Assembly (NCBI RefSeq): GCF_000143415.4
Contig: NW_003314299.1
Location: 1,038,063 to 1,102,062, forward strand
Length of the DNA stretch: 64,000 bases
DNA from: Selaginella moellendorffii
Taxonomy: Eukaryota; Plantae; Lycopodiophyta
Reading direction: 5' to 3'
Shown here piece after piece: positions 24,613-36,815 of the stretch; the stretch's first letter is position 1, and each line of letters starts with the position of its first letter. Both the position numbers and the translations under genes were made by a program. Under the pieces are notes generated by a model. It ran no database searches. It was not told the DNA's origin and saw nothing but the letters and a program-made list of their open reading frames with translations.

Positions 24613-24616
<4 letters not shown>
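23178..24616 (-). CDS. BAHD-family acyltransferase-like protein, copy 3 (exons 24616-24176, 24131-23178; ~464 aa)
   Basis: Diverged paralog; 44-nt GT-AG intron at the Q|L position; HxxxD site reads ELIVD; DFGWG site reads DLGMG. Confidence 0.92.

Positions 24617-24648
<32 letters not shown>
24617..24648. repeat. (CT)16 / (AG)16 microsatellite abutting the BAHD copy 3 ATG
   Basis: Perfect dinucleotide run immediately 5' of the minus-strand ATG. Confidence 0.95.
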
Positions 24649-24649
<1 letters not shown>

Positions 24650-25849
24650 ACCAATAAGGGTTTTGTTGTACACGCGTTTCCCGTGGGTTCTTCTATAAAT
24701 TGGCAGAAATGCTAGAACAAATTCAATATTCAAAAGACCAAAAGGAAATCTTCAGACAATGCGAATCTTTGTGTTGTTGTGTTAACTCGAAGTTTGATAT
24801 TACGAGAAAACCTTTTGTGCAGTGGCAAATGCCCATGGTGAGCGCATTTTGCGTTATCCAAAATGCTCAGATGAAAACTCAAACTACAAAGAAATAAAAC
24901 AAAGCAATTCTTGTGACGCAAGAGGGATTCTTTGCAGTTTGTGATCCTCGTTTTCCATTCTACTAGACATATAGGGACTATACATATGTTTATCAAACTT
25001 AATATGTACACCCAATTATCAGAGCTTTGATTGATGATGAGAAGGCTGGTCCATTGCCATCTTAAGAGTAGAATTTTCAGGAAGAATTAGTGTTAACCAA
25101 TAAAAATTTGTAATACTGTACATAATTACACAAAAAACTATATTTATAATATCTGCCCCTTAACACTGAGTGCAATTGCAACAGGCAACTTCCAAATACT
25201 TCGTGTTGTAAAACAGACTAGATCTTTAAAGCTTTAAATTTAACTTTTAGACTTTAACACTATAATCAGCCATAATAAATTAAAAATATCAATAAATTGA
25301 TATCCAATATTTCTGAACACTATCATACAGTTCTTGGTTGCTATTGATGGCTTAGCAAAGATTGAAATTTGCTACACATGTTTAGTGTTTTATTTATTTT
25401 TTACTTGCCTAATAGTCACAATAACTATTACTTGTAGGGCCTCGTTTAAGCCAAACATTGTAAGTTATTTAATATGTTTTTATTGCTCAGACAAATAATG
25501 CTAATAACCATTAATTGAAATAGAACCTCCTTGTCTAATCAATAGGACATATATTCTTGATAGTTTATATTCTTTATTGGAAGGTCCTTATGGAAAATGA
25601 CCCTCCATCCTTCTTTTAAGAGTACTATCAAGGGGTTCACTTGATACAAATTCATCTAATATTTTAAAAAATATCAATAGTAAATTTTATTTAATTTCAT
25701 AATTTAAAAAAACTAGATAAATTTCTTATATATAGTTTATAAAAAATTCTTGATAAATTAAATTTAAAGTATAAATTTAGGATATTTTGTAATATAAAAT
25801 TCTCTAGATTTACTTATTAATCTTGAAATTAATTTTAATAAATACTAAT

Positions 25850-26749
25850 TTAACATGGATATGAATTTGAAGACCATCTTCTAATAGGTCTGGGATTTAC
25901 AGAAAATGTTTTCTGACGTAATTCATATAAAACTAATTCACAATTATTTTGAACTGATAAGTATGTTTCTGTAACACAATCATCATGTGGTCCACAATAT
26001 ATATTTGGAGACCAAATTACCTCACCATTATTTTTATAATATACTAAATTTCCATCTTTTTGAACTCTAAGTTCACAATCAAAAGATGATACTTCTGGTT
26101 GTTTAAACCATTTAATATTGTTACCACTATATAGTGCCAATAAACAATTTGAGTGCAAATAAAGATATACTTTTTTATTAGAAGATTGTAAAAATTGAGT
26201 GCTTTTCAAAAAATGATTAGGCATAGTACTAAATAGTGTTGTTAAATAAATTATACAACCATCTTTAAATTGACTAAGAAAATTTTTCGGTACCATTTCC
26301 TGTAAATCAGGAATTTTATACAAACTTGTAACAACATAATGAATAGCAAAATAATCAGATATTATAGTTACAAAAGATGATTTTAATTCTTGTATAGAAT
26401 GATAATAAGTATTAATTAGATCCTTAAACTCTTTTATAACATTTTCTTCATTAACATATTTATTCCCACGATATGCAACACATGTACTTAAGTCACTAAG
26501 TCTATCAAATATCCAAAACTGATTAATTAAATTTAAATTTCCAAGCCTTTCATCTAATAAACTATATTCAAAACTCATACTTTGACCTGTAGGTACTACT
26601 TGAAAATCAATTTTTGAAATCATCATATTTAATGTTAATAGAATTATCTCTACACTTTCAGGTTGTAAGATATTTAAGTTTCCTGAAAAGATAAGTGTTA
26701 ACACAAATTTTGGTAACAAAATAAAAATTAAAGTTTTATTTATAAACAT
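25850..26749 (-). CDS. Secreted protein with C-terminal bulb-type (GNA-like) lectin domain and unidentified N-terminal domain (299 aa)
   Basis: Intronless 900-nt ORF in very AT-rich DNA; hydrophobic N-terminus; QxDxNxVxY-type repeats QKDGNLVYY, QNNCELVLY, HSNCLLALY with VIWS and RWSSN. Confidence 0.75.
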   Translation of the reverse strand: MFINKTLIFILLPKFVLTLIFSGNLNILQPESVEIILLTLNMMISKIDFQVVPTGQSMSFEYSLLDERLGNLNLINQFWIFDRLSDLSTCVAYRGNKYVNEENVIKEFKDLINTYYHSIQELKSSFVTIISDYFAIHYVVTSLYKIPDLQEMVPKNFLSQFKDGCIIYLTTLFSTMPNHFLKSTQFLQSSNKKVYLYLHSNCLLALYSGNNIKWFKQPEVSSFDCELRVQKDGNLVYYKNNGEVIWSPNIYCGPHDDCVTETYLSVQNNCELVLYELRQKTFSVNPRPIRRWSSNSYPC

Positions 26750-26759
26750 TTTTGCATTG

Positions 26760-28560
26760 ATTCTTGAAATATCTCTTAAATTTATATATTGTTTTTATAT
26801 TTAATATTTTATTAAATATAATCATGACAAATCATAAAAGCTGGATTAAATATAATATTAAATTCTTTTCTTCCAGGTGGAGACATGTTAGAATTTTGTT
26901 GTAATGCAAAGTATATCCTAGAGAGTTTTGCAAAGACCGAGGTCTATGACAGCTGCAAGAGAATAATCTAATTATATATAATGAGGATGCTTTAAATTTA
27001 ATTTTAAATATTTTAAAATTAGAATAATTTATTTAAATTTTATAAAAAATAAAATTATAATATAACTTTATGAGTGCATGGAATATGGAAATGGAATACA
27101 GAAATATACATATCAATTAGCTCAAAATTTCTAACTTATATACAAGAGTAAGTGGTCTAGATTAAAACCAATCTAACAGCTATCAAAATCCTACTATACT
27201 AATATTGATATATAGTATCATAGCCATACACTTAGACCTCACATCATCCCCTCATTTGAAAATGATAAAAGACAATTAAGGTTTTCTAATAGATGGGTTG
27301 AGATTTGGAGGAACATAAGGAGGAGGCATTGATGGATTTGTAAGTGTGGTAATTGTTCATGATCCTTTTATATAAAGTGTTAATTGTTACATATACACAA
27401 TTTCTAGAGGATCAGCTTGTTGGATGTTATGTTGAACCTTATGAACATGTGGTTCAACTTAGCACAACACCTGATATAGCCCTTTCTACTAAGTAGGGAG
27501 CCCTTTGAACGATGTATTATAAACTTGGGAAAATGGATTAAAACAAAATCATTCACTTTGTACTTTGTAAATGGATGATAATAGAAGTTATAATGTTGTT
27601 GTTGTCCCATTTGTATACAACTCAAGTATTTGGCAAACTTTGCTCAAACTAATGGAAGAATGTTTGTCAAATACTCTTGAAATAATCTTGAAATATTTTT
27701 TTAATTTATTTAATGTTTTTATATTTATTACTTTATTAAATATAAACTTGAAAATCATAAAATCTGGATTAAATATAATATTAAATTCTTTTCTTTCAAT
27801 TGGAGATATGTTAGAATTTTGTCATAATGCAAAGTATATCCTAGAGAGTTTTGCAAAGATAATTATATATAATAAAGAAACTTTAGTTTAGTTTAGTTTA
27901 GTTTCAAATATTTTAAAGTTATTATAGTTTATTTAAATTTTAAAAATAAAAATATAATATAACTTTGCGAGTGCATGGAATTCAGAAATAGAATATAGAA
28001 ATATGCATATCAATTAGCCCAAAAACCCTAAGTTATATACAAGAGCAAGTGGTCCAGATTGAAATCAATCCAATAGCTATCAAAATCCCACTACAGTTAT
28101 ACAACATTGTAATTATACACTTAGACCTTACATCCTTTTGGAATGATAGAAGATAGTTAGGGTTTCTAGTGGATTGGCTAGGATCTAAAGGAACATCAGA
28201 AGGAGGCATTGGTGGATCTGTAAGTGGTGCCAATTATTCCTAATCCCTTTGTATGAAGTGTTTTAGTCATTGCACATGCACAATTTCTGAAGGATGCTTA
28301 TTAGACGTTATATTGAACCTTATAAATTTGTGATCCAACTTGCTACAACACTCAATACGGTCCCTTCCACTAATCAAGGAGCCCCTTAGACAAACCATAT
28401 ACCCTAAAATTGGGAAAATAAATTAACACTAAATCATCTATTTTATACTCTATAGGTGGACGATGTAGTGCCGTTGTCCCATTTGTATGTAGCCCAGATG
28501 TTCAACAAACTTTACTCAGACAAGTGGAAGAATGCTTATTAAATACTAATCCCAAGACCT
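26760..28560. repeat. ~0.9 kb imperfect tandem duplication (flank + LTR + integrase tail)
   Basis: 26830-27670 resembles 27750-28545; LTR copies at 27069-27243 and 27966-28132. Confidence 0.8.
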
Positions 28561-28631
28561 AGTATCAACAGCTTGTGGCAATTGCAAAGGTAAACTCAAC
28601 TTCGTTAGTAGTATCGCATCATAACTATATA

Positions 28632-29669
28632 TGTAACATACATGGTTTTCACCCTTTATCCTATAATGGTTTACTATAGGATAACCATAAAACAGAACCT
28701 AAACCCTTTATGTGCCATATGTCACATGTCCAATGATAGTAGAGTGGAATTTGAGTTTTAGGGCCTTGGGGCATTGAATGAAAGAACGGAGCCAAATTCC
28801 CAAGCTTGTAGCTAAGGAGCAAAGGAATTGGAGCATAGAATGACTCTTAAGTATTCAACCTAAGGAATGAAAGGACAGAAGCATGGAGCAATGTTGGAAT
28901 AGTTTTAGAGCTTTTAGTATCTTAATGTCAGGACTAACACATAAAACAGAGCTAAATGGAGTTTGGTGTTATTTTAGCATATTAGTGGCCTAATGCGAGG
29001 ATATAAATACTTCACCAATTAGCATGTTATGGAACTTGGGCTTAGACCCAAGCTAAATACCCACTATCCCTACTATATATTTGGAACCCCCTACAGCACC
29101 CCCCACCCCTTTGAGGAACATATGCTTTGGGCTTTCAACCTAGCCACCCTTAGTATTAGGAGTTAGTCTTTAGGAGAAGCTCAAAATTTATTAAATATGG
29201 AATGTCTCTAAATTGTGAATTTGGACACAGGACCAACACCATTGTGTTTAGGACAACATTTTACATTCCGTAAATATGCTAAATATAGACACTTTCCATA
29301 AATAGCAATTAGGACTGAATAGGACTAACACAAAGGGCATGATAGCAAGGGTGTTTAACAGATACAGTAAGTTATCATTTAGTGAATATTGATTTTAATA
29401 TCGTAGGGTTCTTGTTAAACAAGTGTAGAATAGAGCAAAAGAGAACTAAGAGCTAACCGAGTATGCTTAGAAAGAAACACATAAGAGTTTCTACTTTATG
29501 TTCATCTAGCTAAGTACAAATGTTAAGTCAAGTTTACTAACACTTAAACAAAAGGGACTGATAAAGGAATTAGCAATACCAACCTTTTGCCGTTGTGGCA
29601 GTAAGGAAATATTATTTAAAAGGACTCGCCGATAAATAATTTTTGATACCCAAAGTCATATTCGTGACT
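28632..29669 (-). mobile_element. Solo LTR nested in the old gypsy integrase (family of 60125-61260)
   Basis: Colinear similarity to the LTR at 60125-61260; ATATA target-site duplication. Confidence 0.85.
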
Positions 29670-32600
29670 ATATAAGAATTTATATGGTGAAGCACTAATA
29701 TAACTTTGCACCCTTGTGACATGCATATTGAAAAGGTGGCAAATAACCATTTCAATTTGAATGTTAAAAGTTTATGTACTTTGCAATCATCTTTTTGAAA
29801 GTTTGAATGAGCCATTTCACCAAATCATCTGATTGTAGATAATAAACACTCATAAAAGTGTGGTATATCTCTAACTAAGACATTAAAATATGAAATGCTT
29901 TAGCTATAAATGTGGGACTATTATCTGTAAGAATTCACTCTAAACAGAAATGTTAGAACACCACTTGATTGAGGAGGAAGTATCCAACAATAGTTGTAGA
30001 TGCACTAACAAAAGCACTAATTTCACTTAGTGAGTCAAGTAGTTAGAAGCAATAATGATATACTCATTGCCAGCAATCAAGTATGGAAAATACCCCATTA
30101 AATCAAATGCAAGCAACTCAGATAAATGGGAAATTGCAATTGACTTCAACTGTTCTTTCATAGCATAAGGGGGAGTATTATGAGTTTGGCACCAAATACA
30201 GCTACACACATACGAAATAACGTTGCATTGCATCTCTAGCTAATAAAAAGACTTCTGCAGCTTCTCGATCACACAACAATGTTCTATGCCCACCTAGAAT
30301 AGAAGAATCATGGTACGCATGAAGAAAGCGTGGAATAAAGATTGAAGGCATCACCAACAATCCCCATAAAATAAAGAAAATTGTCCTCAAGACGATATTA
30401 AGAATATAAATACTAAAATGGCAAATCATTAGTAAGTGATGCAAGATTTTCAAACCCATCGCAAATCCTTTAAATTCATGGCTTAACTCTTTGAGCCTCA
30501 TGAACCTTGTCAAAAGAAGGTAAATTTTGTTTTGCACCTTGTAACACTAAACATCAAGTATAGCAACTGCCAATGGCACAAAATTGTCATCTAAAATATC
30601 CATAGATGCTGAAATAACAAGCTTGTTAGAAACATGAGAATAGAAAAGGAAGAAGAGCTTGAGAAAGGGTGTCAGTATCAGTCATAAAACTCCTTAAGCA
30701 ATGAACAACATCATCTAAAGCTTCAAAGCTCATAGAGTAGTAAAACTAACCAAGTTTTTCTGCTTTAATAATGAAGTAACTATAGTATAATCACTTTTTA
30801 GTAATGTTTAAGAATTATATAAATATGTATAAAGTTTCTCAAAACTCTAAACTAGTAATAAACACTCCTTTGTTGTAGAGTAGTTCACCTCTATTAATTG
30901 TAATGTACAACTAATGTATACAATGGGATGGTGTTGACCAAGTACATTCGGGCTTTCTTGCATCAACCACCTCCAAAATCGATATTAGAAGTATCCAAGA
31001 GCAAAATGAAAAGTCAAGTGTAGTCAAAATATACCAAAACTGAAGGAGTCGTCAATAATTCTCTGAAATTTGTAAATACCCACTCACAGTCCATAGATTA
31101 GGTGTTGAAAACTTCAATAATGCTCGCAATGGTGCAATACAATTAAAAAAATGATCAACAAAATAATCAAGATAGTGCACCTTGCCTAAGAAGTATTGCA
31201 CATCATTCACACACTTTGGAGTAAAGAACTTGAGAACAACCATAAGTTTGTTAAGATTAATTTGCAAACTTTCACGAAAAATACGGTACCCAAGATAAGT
31301 GGTATCCTTGAACTTAAATACATATTTTGATCACTTCAACTTTAAACCAACTTTTTTCATAGTTGATCCAACACCTTATGAACATCATGGATGTGTTTCT
31401 CACACGTCCCCTCTGAATGGATCAAGACATCATTAATGATGTCAGCAGTCATCTTTGGCATATAATAAAGAACCTTGTTCATGATCTGTTAGAAAGTTGC
31501 TGGAGCATTGTTCAAACCAAACAATATCACCAAGAACTTGTACAAATTAAATGGTGTACAAAAAGCATTATTGAGAATATCTTCCTTGACTATTAACACT
31601 TCCTAGTACTTAGAAGCAAAATCTAACTTAATGAACTAACGACTTCTCCCAAGATAATCCAAGAGATCAACAGTGTGAGAAAAAGGATACATATCAGGGA
31701 TTGTCATTTCATTTAATGGATGATAGTCAATGTAAAAACAAATACTCCTATCAAGTTTCATCACAAGATAAGATTAACACACCCAAGAACTCTGTGACTT
31801 TCAAATAACACCCTTTTCAATATTTTTTTGATGTTTGGATGTAAAATCTTAAACTCTTTTGGTGACTGATGACAAATGAAAACCTTGATTGGACAAACAT
31901 CCCTAGTTGGAATAGGATGATGTGTTTGCAATCTTAGCCTCAAACGATAAATCAAATTCAAAGTAATTAGCATATTCCTTCATAATCTGGTCAACCTTTA
32001 CAATACAAAGACCATCAAAGGGATTTGAAGAATGAATAGAGGAATAATAAAGGAGGAAGTAATGAGAAGATAAAAGTGATGGAAGAAGAAGTAAAAGCAA
32101 AAGGACGAAAAGGAATCATATTTGACATGATTATGTTGTAACCAATTGATATTACAAATGAAGTCAAAAGCTTGATTTGGCACTACCCTCAACAATTGCA
32201 ACTCAAGCTTGAGATCACCCACACACACAACTAGGTCTGCCTCATCCTGTGTAGATATGTGTATTCGACCATTGCCATAAAGAATGAAAATTAGCTCTAC
32301 TACATGACGTAAATCTAAACAACAACATGTAGCAATAAGCCAAGCAATAAAAGATAAATTTGAGCATGTATCAACTAACATAGAGAGAATAATAAGAGAC
32401 TTTTTGTTATGAAAACAAATTTAGAAAGTAAATATTGAATGAATTGGTGCTAAATGAACCCTTTGATGATACTTTTAAAAGAAAGATGGAAAGGTTATTG
32501 ACTTATTTGTGCAAGAACCCTTCGCTACTCACGTGACTCTTCATTTCCTAGAAGTATCTTGATGTCTAAACCTTCCATTGCAACAGCACCAACATGATAT

Positions 32601-33157
32601 TATTAACGCCAAAGTCTCCACCCAGGAAATGGAAATTGCCAGTCCAATAAACACAACACCAATAAGTGTGATTAACTTCATCACATACCCAATAATGGAT
32701 ATCACAGCCATGATTATGTCCTTTCCTTTGTCCTTACCCTTGTCCTTGACTTTGTCTTTGCTCTTGTCCTTGAATTCGAGAAATAATAGGATCAACCTCC
32801 ATTGAAATAAGACCATCTCCTATAGGAAGTGGAGTTGAAAAACATGTAGCGAGAAGCAAAAGAAATAACATTTTATAATATTATGCCAATCGAAGAGTAT
32901 CATTAAGGGTGGCTGTAGTAAGTGCATGCATAAATCCTACAAAATTTTTACGAAGTACTAATGATAACATTCCCAACTTGATCCACTTTAACATATTTGA
33001 CTCTACACAAAAGAAGAGACTTCAGAAATGAACACTAAATTGAATCATTGACTTATATAGCTCTTGATAAAGATGATATAATTCTTGGAAGGCATTATCA
33101 CAATTTGATAAAGATGATATAATTGTTGAAAGGCATTATCACAATTATTAATATATT

Positions 33158-33300
33158 GTAAACTCTTGAATTTCCTAAAAGGTCATGATACAATTGTTTC
33201 CAAGCATCCTAAGACTCTTAACCGATTGAAAAAAATGGTGCACTCTTGTTCATGGGCCCTTTCACTTTATATTTAAACTTCTATGGATTGTCTTGACATA
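33158..33300 (-). mobile_element. Degenerate Cassandra-type LTR
   Basis: Shares ttaaccgattgaaaaa..gtgcactcttgttcatgggcccttt with 36285-36478; the 5S-like part is eroded. Confidence 0.7.
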
Positions 33301-35893
33301 TAGGAAATTCATGCAAATATTGAGCATCATCCCAAGAATGATATATGGCAATCACTATAAAGTGATGAAACCAATGGTACACATCATTTTTTGAATTCCC
33401 ATGGAAGAACTCTAGCTAAACGTGATGATTAGCAGCAAGAGTACGAGTTGTACCATATGCCATGAATGCTGCCATCAATTGAGTTTGATTATTCAATTAC
33501 AATCACATATCATTGAGCAATTACACCAATTGCTACTCCAAAGTCAAAAGAGGAGGAAGCTATTGCTCTATCATAAAAATAAATGAAAAGAAAAAGTAAA
33601 AAGAAAAGAAATTGAAAAAGCTATAATGAAAGGGAGATTTAAACAATGCAAAAGTTAGATTTAAACCAAAATCCCACATTCAATCACTCATCAAAAACAA
33701 TTAAAACTACCCTTCACCTTCACCAATGTGAGTGTATAGATATGGAAATGGAATATAAAAATGCATATATCAATTAGCCCAAAAATATTAGATTATATAT
33801 ATGAGTGAGTGGTCTAGATTGAAACTAATCTGACAGCTATCAAATCTTACTATGCCAATATTAGTATACGGCATTGTAGGCATACACTTGGACCTCACAA
33901 CTTAATAATAAACTAAAAAGTTATATATATATATATATATAGAAATCTACAAAATAATTTATGCTAATGCTATAATTTTAAATGTAATACCTGTAAAAAA
34001 TATTTAAAGTATAGAGATAAGGGTGATTAGAGAATGGTCAAGTAAGGAATATTAAATGAATTAGCAAATTTGTTTTAAATATAGGTTTTAAAGATTTTGA
34101 AAGGCCAATAGAAATTAAAAAATGTTACTTTTAAAAACTCTAAAATTAAATAAAAATCTTATATTCTCATTATAAGTCACTATGTAAATTATAGCATAGA
34201 TTCACAAATTTAAAATATAAAATATGAAAGTAAGTAGGTAGATATCACTCCACCTTAACCAGTAAAAATCATTGATACCAAAATCATCATCCTGTACAGA
34301 AAGAGCAGCATAATGCATGAAAAAGAAAGCCACCCTCCTTTAATGCACTTCACTCCTATTACAAGCTATTGTAAGTTTGTGGTCATTTTTTGTACCACAT
34401 ATCAATGAACTTCTTGTTGTCCACACTTGAGAGAAGCCCCACCAAGGGAATCACCTCTTCTGCTTGAGCAGCCTCGAGTTTCACATAGTGACAAGCATCC
34501 AAAGTTGTATGAGACAAAGAAAATAATTATAGAAATCTAGAGTGAGTATATTTCTTGAAATATATAAAATTCAATAAGTAAAAGGGAAGGAGATGATTTT
34601 AGAGTACTATAATTTAAACGTAAAGGGAAAAAATTTCCATCACTTTTTCCCAATGACTTTAATGGTCCTATTAATTATTTGAATAGATTCTAAATCCTTA
34701 CAATAGAATGAAGTTAAGTGTGATACATAGATAATGTAAATTTTTTATGTAAATTTCATTTGTAATATATTTTTAATTCTAAAAAAGGAATGACTTTGGT
34801 GTGGAAATGATGAAAAACCAAGAGTGGGTATTTATGATGATGAAATGCAGTGATTATGAAAGTGAATAGAGTGATGGTTTGTGAATGTAAATGGATAGGA
34901 ATGAAGAGGAGGATGTGTTCTTGAAAGTGATAGAGACAAACTTGGGAACCAAGGGGAAAGGCTAGAAGATGAACAAGCTCCCGGACGAGTGGAGTTAAGG
35001 CCACCTCAAGGTTGGAATTCAAGCTTGAACTTATATTAGCAAGAGGATATGGCTTGGAAGGACATGAGAAATAAGTGAAAACAAAGAGGAAAAGAAAAGA
35101 AAGTTAAAAACCCAAAGAGAGGAGAAAATTCACTGCTAGTGAAGAAGGTGGTGAGTCAAGCTTTGCTCAAGTGTTGTTGTGAAGAAACTCACCTTTGGAG
35201 GGTGAAAAAAATCCTAGAGAAAGCTTTGGATTCCATGGAAAGTTGAGCTGAAGTAAGGCATGATGATCTAAAGCTTCTGGTGTTGAGAGAATCCTAGTGT
35301 TGAGAGAATCTAGGACCATAAGAGATGTTTATAAGAGACTTGGAGCATGATGTCTAGCTATGTTGGCTGCTCTTGGATGGGAAATGTTGATGGTGTTGAA
35401 GAGGAAAAAGTTTCCCTGAGTGCTTGTAGAAGTCTTGTGGGCGAACAAAGTGTCAATGCTTGGGAAAGTTACCATAGAATCAAATGTGTTGTGTGGTTAT
35501 GGTTGAACTAAATTGAATCTTTGTGATAAGAATGGTGTCTGTGAAGGCTCCATGCTTGAGGACACCATGTTGAGAATTGGAGCTGAAATGTGATGAAACC
35601 CGAAGCCATATGAATGTGCAATGCCATGTCAAAGCAACTGAGTATTGACTCTAGAGTGATATGGAGCTGCTACAAACTGAGGAAAACTTCCCTGAGTGTT
35701 AAGGAAGCCATGTAAAGACTCTTGAGTGTGGCCAAAGTCAAAAACAAAGATTGGAGTTGTGGGTCTACCAACTTTGAAGGATGCACCACCTTGTGCTCCA
35801 TAGCTAGCATGTGCCACGTCCAAGTGGTGTTGTGAGGAGCTTAGATCCTTGAGTGAGGCTTTTTGATGGTGAGGAAAAAGACTTGGAGTTGAG

Positions 35894-36815
35894 TGTAATG
35901 CATTTTATCTCTCTCCTCTTAAACTAATTGGAAAAGGAGCAATTTCTTGATGAGAGAGCCCTTAGTGGTTATTTTATTCCCATTTATCCCCCAAGGTTCC
36001 AAAGATCCACAGTAATAGTATATTCAAATCTAATCCCATGATCACATGCGCTACACTCACCCCCATTTAGAAATGCCAATGTACTCATTGACTATTAACT
36101 AACAACCCTTACTGAGCCAAGGGGAACCAACATCTCCATTTCTACACTAAATTTACCAATCCTTTTAACCTTTACTAAGCCAAGAGGAACCAACATTTCT
36201 ATTTCTGTATTAAATTTACTAATCCTTCCATTGTGTAGGCTAGCTATTCCATGTGAGGCAATTAATCATCCACCTATACCATAGTGTAAGCTCCTGAGTT
36301 TGGACTTCCCGGGAGGTCACCCAGCCCAGTACTATTCAAACCTAAGGACGCTTAACCCCAAATATCCCAAGACCCTTAACCGTTTGGAAAAGGGGGTGCA
36401 CTCTTGTTCATGGGCCCTTTCCCTCTATATTTGAACCCCATGGATCGTCTCTCGAGCCGTTCCCTTTGGTTGCTTACACATAGTCCCACAGTGGATACCT
36501 TTGTTTGTGGATAGGAAGGACATATGCATGGATGCCCAATATGTAAGATTTCAGATTTAGGGGTAGGAATATACCTTGCTCAAGGGTATATTATGTTTTA
36601 AGTAGCCACTAATCAATATGAATTGAACCTGTGCCATTTTCTCCAATACCACATATAGTGCACCTTATCTCTCTTCTCTTAACCCAATTGAAAAATGGGC
36701 AATTGCTTGATGAGAGAGCCCTTAGTGGCTATTTTATCCCTATTTATCCCCAAAGATTCCAAGGATTCATAATAACAGTATATCCAAATCTCATCCCATG
36801 ATCACATACACTACA
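35894..36815 (-). mobile_element. TRIM (162 bp LTRs 35894-36055 and 36654-36815)
   Basis: Direct repeats ending CTACA, minus-strand PBS TGGTATTGGAG, PPT TGGGGGTGAG, flanks TTGAG/CTGAG, non-coding interior. Confidence 0.8.
36285..36478 (-). mobile_element. Cassandra-type solo LTR with 5S rRNA-derived segment
   Basis: TGTAAG..CTTACA, perfect CATAG TSD. Minus strand GTTAAGCGTCCTTAGGTTTGAATAGTACTGGGCTGGGTGACCTCCCGGGAAGTCC matches the 5S A-box to C-box region. Confidence 0.88.

Larger units (their letters stand above)
27966..33899 (-). mobile_element. Degenerate full-length Ty3/gypsy element with ~170 bp LTRs (27966-28132, 33727-33899)
   Basis: TG..CA LTR pair flanked by ACTT on both sides. Minus-strand protease (LVDTCS), RT, RNase H, integrase (HAYHDSSILGGH, FDLMG) and WKGPY relics with stops. 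Confidence 0.85.

Noticed and set aside
36300-36370. 5S rRNA gene
   Set aside because: Only a partial 5S segment, embedded in a TG..CA LTR with a TSD.
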